Shown in pieces: positions 48,801-64,000 of a stretch of 64,000 bases of DNA. This DNA is from Hormiphora californensis (taxonomy: Eukaryota; Animalia; Ctenophora): positions 4,030,001 through 4,094,000 of the forward strand of contig CM035361.1 in assembly GCA_020137815.1 (NCBI GenBank). The letters run 5' to 3'. The first letter of the stretch is position 1. Each line of letters opens with the position of its first letter. The notes below the pieces were generated by a model. It was not told where the DNA came from, ran no database searches, and was given only the letters and a program-made list of their open reading frames with translations. Made by a program: the position numbers and the translations under genes.

Positions 48801-51363
48801 ACGCCCGTGTTAGTTCCCTGAAATAACAGGCACCCAGAACGTACAGAGACCAACCTGAAGCTCAACCGGATCCTCGAGGAAGAACCAACTGGAGAAGACG
48901 AAGTAGAAGTCCTACCCTTACTAGCTCCCCCTTTTAACAATGGAAGGACTAATGACAGCTATCAAGAAAAGCCAAGAAGAAGGGCACCGGGCCCAAATGA
49001 CATAACACACTGTCTTTCAATCAAAGCCCTGGGGAGCAACGCCCTGGAAGAATCCTTGCCATCTTTAACCAGTCCCTCATCAACATCTGCCACAGATTTG
49101 GGAGACTGCCTCGATCATCCCCTGTGAAGGCTGGCAAGCAGCCAAGGTCCTATCGTCCCATACAGGCCAATCAGCCTCACTTCATGTGTGGTGAAGACAG
49201 CAGAGAGAAATGACGCGGACAAATCTACCACCTCGCAGAGACGGAGAGGCGGTTCCATCGCCTCCAGGCTGGGTTCCGGAGAGGACGATGCTGTGAAGAC
49301 CAGGTACTCGGCTGGTCCAATCTATAGATGATGGCTTCCAATCCAACCTCCAACAGAACAGTATGGCACTATCTAGACCTATACAAGGCTTATGACAAGG
49401 TCTGGAGGGATAAGCTCCTCCTGACCATGTACACCAAGGGAGTAACCAAACCCCTTATTCGCTGGCTACGATGCTTCCTGAACAATCGACTTGCCAGAGT
49501 TAACTACAATTATAACTCCCACGCTCCATACGAATCCTCAGACAAGGACTACCACAGGGTCAGTGTTGGCCACCCACTGCTATTTCTGTTTATATCAACA
49601 CACTTGCAGAGAGACTACCCGGAGGCAGCGTCAACTCACTATTTGCTGACGATTGTCACAGTCACCGGTATCGGCTCCACACTCGGGAAGGCCGCCCGTA
49701 GCTGCCAGAGGGCGGTTGACATAGTATGGGTGGTCAGGGAATATAAGATGATATGAGTGACAAGAGCGTCAGCACCTACTTTACAACATCGAGTAACGAA
49801 GCCCACTGGAGACCCTCTCTGCAAGCGGGGGAGATCAATCTTTCTTATGACCCGCACCGAGACTCTTGGAGTTATCCTGGAGACTCACCTTTGGTCCTCA
49901 CGTCAAGTCACTGAAGGAGAAGATCAACTCCAAGTGTCGAATCCTAGCAGCCCTCAGTAACACCACCTGGGATGGAAGAAGAACAGTCTGCTAAAGGTGT
50001 ACAATACGCACATCCGAAGTTACTGGACTACTCCGCTAGCGCCTGGCAGCCGTGGATTTCTGATACAAACAGAAAACCCTTGAAACCTACAGAACCAAGC
50101 TCGTACGTCTAATCACAGGCCAGTACAGATCCACCCCCCTTGAAGCTCTAAGATAGAAGCAGGAGTTCAAAGCTACACAACACAATCCAAGGGCTCCTGC
50201 TAAGGCCAGCGAAAGGCCCTCAATTCCACAGGATCACCCGCGCGGCTAGCGGTTGAGGGAACGTTAGCAACAGGCTAGTACGGCCTAGCTTCCGGAGCCA
50301 GATCTGAAGACCTCAATCCCATCTCCCAGCCACATTCGAGAATAGAGAGGAGCTCTCCTACTCCACACCCCCTCCCTGGATGGAGGGAAAACACAACTAC
50401 CATCCACCACACACTACCGGCGGAGTGACAAAATACCCTTCCCGCGATGACCTGAGAACCCTCACACTGTCGACCATCAGTGAACACAAGGCAGAGGTAA
50501 CGATATACACAGAGGAGGGTATACTTCCAACGGAGGCAGTGGTATGGTGGCAGTGGAGGCAGTGGTATGGTGGCAACCACTGGACCCCCAGAAAACCCCA
50601 CCGTCATTGACACCATCAAGACTAGAGGACGACCGCACACCTCATCATTTGAGGAGGAGCTAGAAGCTATGAGGACAGCGTCCTCTTGGCTCCACTCCCA
50701 CCCCCAGTATTGGAGAGTGCTGGTTTGCACCGATAGCAAATCGCTATGCGACAGCATGGCAAGTACAAACCCAACAGCGACAATAGCCGGACTACTACAC
50801 GGTATGGGTGGATGCAAAGCAGACATTACCATTCGGTGGATCCCCAGCCATGTGGATGTTCCCGGTAACGAACTAGCTGATAAGGCAGCCAAGGACGCAA
50901 CCACCCTGGAAACGGAGAATCAGGGTGGAGAGGCCAGTATCCTTCGCAGCCGTGAAGGCCCACATACGGCGGGTGATAAAGGACGAGCCGGTACAACACC
51001 AGCGGACTGCAGAGACCTACAAGAACTATAATAAAGACACGGACAAAGACATAAGGACGAGAAAGGACCAGGTACTCATAGCTCGTCTCCGATCGGGCCA
51101 CCATAATGGTTTCCGAGCCTACCAACACCGGATAGATAAGGCCGTGAGCCCGGAATGTCCACACTGTCCAGGACAACAACAGGACCTGCAACATTGGATG
51201 CAGGACTGCTCCCGAACCTCTGGCGAGAGAATGAGGTTATTCGGGACGACTCGGACAACACTCGACCTACTTACGTTCGACCCGGGGGGATCAGTGGAGC
51301 TGGCGAGGAGGACTCTAGGCCCTCCTCGGCTCTAATCTCCCTAGAACTACTACTACAACAACA
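45870..51363 (+). mobile_element. 5'-truncated non-LTR retrotransposon with RNase H (I/Ingi-like), internally duplicated, many frameshifts
   Basis: APE endonuclease C-terminus (PTRVNP..SSPDVT), RT (SYRPISLTS, DLYKAYDKVW), RNase H (VCTDSKS, WIPSHVDVPGNELADKAAK), C-terminal CPHC..HWMQDC and a ctactactacaacaa tail. Segment ~46150-48395 is repeated at ~48396-50665. Confidence 0.9.
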
Positions 51364-51541
51364 GCAAGGCGGTAGATAGACGGAGATAGAGAGTTAGAAA
51401 GGCGGTTACCTATAATTTGACCTAATCGGTGCCAATACGTGATTACTGATTTTCTACTGTTATTCGCCAATAGTCTTTATGTACACAATTCAGTAGAGCG
51501 GAATCACACATAATATGTACTATGATAGGTTAACCAAGTGG

Positions 51542-51815
51542 CAGGGTGGTGTAGTGGCCAGTGCACTCGCCTTCCACGCGCTAGGTCACAGGTTCGGGCC
51601 TGGACTAGCGCAATGTCTACCTAGACCGCCAAGATATGATTGGTAGAGGCTCTTTCGAGAGTTTCGCAAAGACGGTGCATATCACTAATAAGGTTTCCTC
51701 TGCTTGGGGTGGCGCTCGAGCTATGCTACAGAGAAATCTGTACCAAAAATGGACCGTCGCTGAACGCCATTCGTAATAGGAGATCAGCACCACGACATCG
51801 TTCCGACCTACTTTT
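51542..51815 (+). mobile_element. tRNA-derived SINE (tRNA-Gly-like head)
   Basis: A box TGGTGTAGTGG, anticodon-like gccTTCCAcgc, B-box-like GGTTCGGGCC, T-run at the 3' end, and a 12-bp TSD TTAACCAAGTGG (51530-51541 / 51816-51827). Confidence 0.82.
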
Positions 51816-52550
51816 TTAACCAAGTGGTTGGGTGGTTCCCTGTCATTGTGCTACACGCTCAATCAATAGATCTCTGATCTACCCTACCTCATTAGACCAA
51901 CACTCTCAGTAGTTACTGACTACCTCTACTGAATCGTGGATTGATACGGAAAGACTAATGGAGAATACATAGCGGTAGAGAATCACGTATCGGGACCGAT
52001 GAGGTCTCATTGTCAATTGGTAACTGCTTTTCATTAGAGGATACCATGGTAGCGTGACCATACCGCGATTCTGATTTTCACTCTCTCAGTTCTCACTCGT
52101 ACTCGCTCTCTATCTCGGTCTCTATCGCCTATGGTCTAGTTGGATACGTGGCACGAATCACTTTAATTAGGGGAGGGTGATTCGGTATCTCTACAGCCGA
52201 TACGTGATACGAAACACTATTAGGGGAGGACGATTCGGTCTATCCCCCGCTTTAGTCTGGTTGGTTTTATTGCAGCCTTTTTCTGCAGCCTTTTATTGCA
52301 GCCTTTAGTAGGAGCGAAGTTCTACTCACCTGCCGTTTGCTGGAGGTTTGCTGGTTGTTTGGTTTGGAGGTTGGTATTGCGGGTGTTTGTCTCGGTTCTT
52401 GGGTTTGGTCTGGCAGCATGATTCAAGTTCTCAACTTACTGAGCTTATTCTAGTGGTTGAGATTTTGGGAGTGTATTGGTAGTACACCGACAACGCTTTA
52501 TCACAGTTTTTTCTTTCAGCCACGTAACGCCGTTTTCAAATTATACAAAT

Positions 52551-52807
52551 TGATACAAAGAGTTCATGGTACAAAGGCGGGATAAATCCAACCCTCAATA
52601 TTCATCACAGTGTTATCTCGCTTTTAAAGACGTCACATATTATCTCCAAAGTGGTACCATCTTTTACAAAAATCGAGTGTGATACAAAGAGTTCATGGTA
52701 CAAAGGCGGGATAAATCCAACCCTCAATATTCATCACAGTGTTATCTCGCTTTTAAGACGTCCAATATTATCTCCAAAGTGGTACCATCTTTTTACAAAA
52801 ATCGAGT
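52551..52807 (+). repeat. ~129-bp tandem duplication
   Basis: tgatacaaagagttcatggtacaaagg... at 52551 and 52680. Confidence 0.9.
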
Positions 52808-53019
52808 TGTTGTGTGCCATGTACATGCAGTGTACATTGTACACTGTACATGTACTGCAGTACATGGCTGTGGTGGGAGAAATGGCTCACCCTAGAACAA
52901 TTCCATTGCAAGTTAATAGCAAAAAATGCATTATAACCTCACTCCGATTTAGTGGCACCCCGATTTAGTGGCAGGATTTTTTCCCCCGAGGATGCCACTA
53001 AATCGGGGTCCGACTGTAA

Positions 53020-53108
53020 TATAAGTTTTTGTATACCGCCCAGGCAAAACAGGGCCAGCAAATTGAATTTTGACTGACACTGTTCAGCGTCAGAGCGGTA
53101 TACCTAAA
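53020..53108 (-). mobile_element. Isolated 3'-terminal fragment of the L2-like family
   Basis: The reverse complement resembles 14770-14860 (taggtataccgctctga...ctggccctg...ggcggtatacaaaa). Confidence 0.7.
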
Positions 53109-54359
53109 TTACAACACCTTCCTAACAATTATGACACACACTTTTTGAGATCTTGCACCGGGCAAAGTGGTCCAGCCAATAGCATTGCTCGATTTTCACG
53201 TGCCTGGTGTTGTTAGAGCAACGATCAAATTAGGGGCAAAGTGGTCAATGTTATCTTCAGCAATTTATGTTCTGCAGGACCACTTTGTCCCCGTTGTGGT
53301 ATCACGTGGTATTGCAGGCTCGATTTCATTGGTCCCAGGGTGAACCACTTTGTCCCAGAGAGGTGAACCATATTTACCCCAGTTTGACTAATTTGACAAT
53401 TTAATCAACATAATGGTGAGTTTTTTGAAAAAAAATTCCCTGTGGAATGCCCGAAGGGCCTGAATTCTCGAGTTCCATCTGGACTCTAACTCACCTTAAA
53501 TTATAGTGGGGCGGACAGAAAGTCACCAGATCCGGACTATAACTCACCTAAATTCGAGATTTTTAAAAGCGAGTTAAAGTCCGAAATTTTCGAGTTCGAG
53601 TTATCGTTCGTTCGAGTTTCAGTCCGGTACCCTATGCTAGGACAAAATTTTGAATTTCAAACTCACTTGGGTTTTACCGTACCAACCCAACCCTATTACA
53701 GCCCTAACATCGAACTCAAACGACAACCCTAACACTACTAAAACGGAATATAAACCAGTGAACACTCCTATCCGGCATATCGAGTACCTATGAGAGGTGA
53801 GTTTTGTCATCCTGGACTCACGTCTCACCCTAAACAGTGATAAAAAGTAGGGCAGACAGAAAGTCACTATAACTGTAAACTCATCTAAATACAAGATTTA
53901 CAAAAGTGAGTTTGTTATGTTCTAATCCTCCTTTATTTTGGGCGTGCAAAACACAGTCTAGCTAGGCAAAAGTGAGTAACAGTTCAAAATTTTCGAGTTG
54001 ATCGGGTTCAAGTTCGAGTTTCAGTCCTGTGGGGGTTTAAATTTTTTTGGCCTGGTCTCAAACCACTCAATCAATCGCACAAAAACAACACTGATCTCCG
54101 TGTAAATAAATAACACAACCCACTAGGGACAACATGGGTGAAACGGTTCACTAATCTCGGTATGTCACTTAAATATATTTAAAGTGACATACCGAGATCA
54201 GGGCACAGTTTCATTCCTAATTTCCCTGTATAATATGGTTGAGTTCTCACAACCACCTATATAAACACTACTGCGAGCATTGATCCGTTTCATTCACTCC
54301 GTAGCAAACAGTTCTAGTGTACTTCGGTGGACGAGTTACCAAGCTGTTAATGCTGTAAT

Positions 54360-54950
54360 AATACTATAGATAATGTCTAACGGACTTCGTGTCACTTGAT
54401 GAAACTTGGCGAATAAACATAAACGGTGTCTCTTAAATATCCCCTATCTAGCACCCAATCCAAAATGGAATTCCCATTTTGAGTCATATAAGCAGGTGGA
54501 TTGTCCGGGTTCTGATCCAGCCACCGTCTCCACAAGACCTTCAACATGTATCCAATGCCTCGCCGTGATGACCTCTCTCGGTATATATTTCATACCCGTG
54601 CAGCCCTGACACCGAAGGAGTTGAAGTACATGTATTTAGTTGAGATAGACTTCTGTGCTCCACTGTAAACGGAAGCTACCTCGGCTCTGATATCAAGCCG
54701 TTCATACTTCATCGTGGTATTTGTAATATTTGAGGATGCACTGTTATATAAGCTCTTCCACATCTTTTATGATATATGATAACGTTCTCTGAAGGGGTTC
54801 TTCAACCGCTCCCAATAGTCTTGTTGCGCCATGTCCTCAATTCTCCTGGTAAACTGTCTTTGTACGCTCGAGACCCTATATGTCTCCTACAAGGTACGGT
54901 GAACACAAAGGTGAATAGTATTTCAGTTTGCATCTAACCAAAGACTTGCA
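54360..54950 (-). mobile_element. Degenerate CR1-type LINE ORF2 3' fragment
   Basis: Minus-strand translation gives LVRCKLKYYSPLCSPYLVGDI..QRQFTRRIEDMAQQDYWERLK..FNSFGVRAAR, with stops and frameshifts. Confidence 0.7.
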
Positions 54951-55932
54951 CATTCTTCTGTTGTATGCCTTTTAGAATCATCTGAATGGAAGAGGCACGT
55001 GAGTTGATTATATGACTTTATCTCGTTAAATTAACAAGTTTTACGCTGTAAAAATAAAAGGTCAAAATCTGACATACGCTATAACAGGCCCCTCATCGCG
55101 AGGTTAAGCACATGAGTTGACAAGAATTCTAGCTTATACTATAACAATAGCATGCTTTCTGAACAAGAATTAAAGTTTGAGCAATAAAACTCTTGACAAC
55201 TTGACCATGACAACTAAAATGTAAAAAAATGGTTGTTATGTTCTAACCCTCCCTTTACATTTGTGCGGGGCTCGCGAAAGGCAGTCCACACCACTAATCT
55301 TGGCAAAAAAATGCAAACGCTGCCAGGCCCACATCGCCGGCAAGCACATGAGTTGAAAAAATGTTAAACACATCTGAACAGTGGAACGATATTGCAACTG
55401 ATCTGGCAAAAATGAAATATAAAAATTGGTTAGCATAACGTTGGTTTTGGTAAAGTGAGCATCAAGCTCAAGATCGTTGCGTAGGGTAACAAAAAAAAAA
55501 CTGCATACGCTACAGGCTCCTTATCGCGAGGCCCAAGGCTTTTCCCAAAAACGGTCATACGGCGACATGGAAACGTATGAGGTGAATCATATAAGGACAT
55601 GCCAAAAAGTTCATCAGCAAAAATCGGGAAAAATGAAAAATGAAAAAAAAAACAAAATTAAAGCTGGGTGAATTTTAACGCTTTTTGCGCGGCTTTAACA
55701 GTTTTAGCGCGGCTTTACAATTGCGCGTTCTGAATGTCAGCGAAGATTGGCCAATATATTTGCGCATCCAGCAAAGATTGGCCAATATTGTTGAGGATTC
55801 GCGCATTAATGTTTGAAGATTGGCCAATTTTCACCATAATTGCCCGCGCGACCTTTACTAGGGTAGAACACGCCTACAAAATTTCAGGTCGATATCTCAA
55901 AAAATGTGGCCACAATCGCTGCCTGAAATTTG

Positions 55933-55963
<31 letters not shown>

Positions 55964-56152
55964 GACCTACGTTTGTATATATAGGGCCGGCTTTTTGGAT
56001 TTGGTGCAGGGGCAAAAATTTTTTTTTCTTTTGTTTTTTCTGTTTTCTTCGGGTCGGAGGTGCCTGCCGGCACCTAAATATAGGTATAGTTATCATTGCA
56101 TATTGTATATATTATTATGATAATTATTATAACTAATACATAATATAATATA

Positions 56153-56355
56153 CAGTCGGACCCCGATTTACCGGGCCCCGATTTACCGGAACCCCGATTT
56201 ACCGGGCCCCGATTTACCGGAACCCCGATTTACCGGGAGCATAATCTTCCCCCGAAATAGGAATTTAACAGTATTTTACCCCGATATACCGGGCACCCCG
56301 ATTTACCAGGCAAAACCCTTTCCCCCGAGCATCCCGGTAAATCGGGGTCCGACTG
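56153..56355. mobile_element. Tc1/pogo-like MITE
   Basis: TA|CAGTCGGACCCCGATTTACCGG ... CCGGTAAATCGGGGTCCGACTG|TA. Confidence 0.9.
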
Positions 56356-56646
56356 TATATATATTATCATTAATATATTAATATTTTAATTTTCAAAATG
56401 TTAGTCAGTTAGTCCCAAAAGTGTTTTTATCAAACTCCTCCCACAGTCTTTGAGCAAGACCAATGAAAATTTATACACTGGTACTTTGGACCAAGGCGGT
56501 TTCGTTGTTAGGCTAATGCTCTGACCACAGAGAATAGGGTCAGGCCAATCATTCCCTGATAGCGGTTTCGTGAATATACTGGGGCTTTGCCATATAAGCC
56601 TGTATTTACGAAACCGGACTCATACAATTAACACATCAATAAATAG

Positions 56647-56755
56647 CAGGAACTGACCGAAACAAGTAAACAACCAATCAGAACTCGTTATTTAAGTCAC
56701 GTGACTGGTTATCAGCCAATCAGGGACCAGTATTTCCAGATTCGGTCGGTTCCTG
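56647..56755. mobile_element. 109-bp hAT-type MITE (a fourth, truncated copy lies at ~60744-60837)
   Basis: Same TIRs as 18659; 8-bp TSD ATAAATAG. Confidence 0.92.
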
Positions 56756-56808
56756 ATAAATAGTTTTACGTCTAAAAATTGAAAGCTAATTTGACCTTTA
56801 TTCTCTAG

Positions 56809-62734
<5,926 letters not shown>

Positions 62735-62830
62735 GTAAGTACAGTAGGAGTCCGATTTAATAACGGCACACTCGGGGGAAAGGGTTAATTGACCGTTAAA
62801 TCTATTTGTGTGTTACATGATTACTCTTGC

Positions 62831-63240
62831 AGTTGCATGATATGTGAACCTTAGTTTTCTATCATTCAATAAGTTGCATGATATGTGAACCTTAGTTTTC
62901 TATCATTCAATAAGTTGCATGATATGTGAACCTTAGTTTTCTATCATTCAATAAGTTGCATGATATGTGAACCTTAGTTTTCTAGGTATCCTTATTATAA
63001 TTTGCAAATGCGTGGCGTGATGGTGAGGAGGAGGATGTAGTATCCCACGTGCAAATGGTGGGGGGTTGCCAAGGAAGTGCCATAGCCCAGCTACGCAGCG
63101 GGTGATTGAAGGCTGCACGTGCGGGTTGGTGCAGTGGGTGAGAGGGGTGCTCCTGGGTGAGGGAGAGTGTGGGAATTTTGGTCAACGGGTGCTCTACTTC
63201 AACGGGTTTTCTAGTCATTCAATAAGTTGCATGATATGTG
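62831..63240 (+). repeat. ~42-bp tandem repeat interrupted by a Helitron-like insert (62989-63214)
   Basis: Unit agttgcatgatatgtgaaccttagttttctatcattcaata. The insert starts TC, ends CTAG and sits between A and T. Confidence 0.6.
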
Positions 63241-63467
63241 ACTATGAATCGGAGATAAGCACCGCAGGCTTACCCAGTGATTGGGAGAGACCTACCACTT
63301 TGACTTTTTTTGGAGGTGCATGCCGACATCTAAATATAGGGGCAGTCACCTCTATGCACGTGCAAATTTTTTTTCTCGTTTTCTCTTTTCTTCGGGTCGG
63401 AGGTGCTTGCCGGTACCTTTAAAACAAACCCGGGTTAATTAATTATATATATAATAATTAATTATAA

Positions 63468-64000
63468 TATAATAATAATAATAATAAAGGGTTTTTAGTA
63501 TACCGCTCAGTCCAGACAGGGCTGGATCATTGACATGAGTCCAACACTGCCCAGATTCAGAGCGGTACACCAAGGTTGCTAATATCCTGACTCACTTAGA
63601 ACAAAATAGACACATCTACTGATTATATACTCCAAAAATTGAAAAAAGCCTAAGGAAAAACGGGACACATAAACTTCTGGAAAACAACTTGTTAGCTGAA
63701 ATTAAATAACAGACTATAAATCGAGATAAAGAAACAAAGCCAGTAGCCCTCATGCTACAAACAAAAGTCAGCCCAACTGCATCAGCAGCCCCCCTGCTAT
63801 AATAGCCCTAGGAAGGGAAATAGTAAGGAATTGCTATGCTAGAATTGCCTGCTCGACACGGGAAAGGGGAAGGATAGGACACCTCCGATTACAACTCTGA
63901 AGCAGATCCGAATGCCTCCTGAAACAACCTTGTCTTTAGTCTTGTCTTAAACAGATCAACAGGATGAACTGATCTGAGTTCAAGGGGGAGATCATTCCAT
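63468..64000 (-). mobile_element. 3' end of a second L2-like LINE (continues past the window end)
   Basis: 63999-63889 encodes WNDLPLELRSVHPVDLFKTRLKTRLFQEAF, homologous to the ORF2 end at ~14380-14470. It has the same terminal gcggtatac stem and a (TTA)n tail. Confidence 0.9.

Overview
This is eukaryotic, intron-rich, transposon-dense DNA, not prokaryotic. It is most likely from a ctenophore of the Pleurobrachia type, inferred from a spliced-leader sequence and repeat families that I recognise from memory. I assembled seven spliced gene models by hand from GT-AG sites and exon phases: (1) two paralogous secreted proteins made of a ~140-aa domain plus a sushi/CCP domain (1-1440 minus, frameshifted; 38963-40333 plus); (2) a 19-exon, ~727-aa coiled-coil protein (6743-18898); (3) a Cys-rich protein with a PLA2-like CxxHDxxC motif (25560-27384 minus); (4) an 81-aa protein with three internal repeats (40850-41548); (5) a ~236-aa secreted orphan protein (42170-45507); and (6) a pentraxin/LamG-like protein (56809-62734). 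The rest is mostly nested palindromic DNA transposons with readable target-site duplications (Merlin-, piggyBac-, Kolobok-, hAT-, Harbinger- and pogo-like, plus a TGCA-targeting pair), non-LTR retroelements (L2, RTE, an RNase H-bearing element, CR1), a tRNA-derived SINE and tandem repeats. The top finding is an L2-type LINE in an intron whose 5' end is a ctenophore spliced leader (9619-9659) with no splice donor after it. This points to retrotransposition of an SL-trans-spliced RNA and suggests a promoterless element that regenerates its 5' end by trans-splicing. Several frameshifts lie in homopolymer runs and may be assembly errors.
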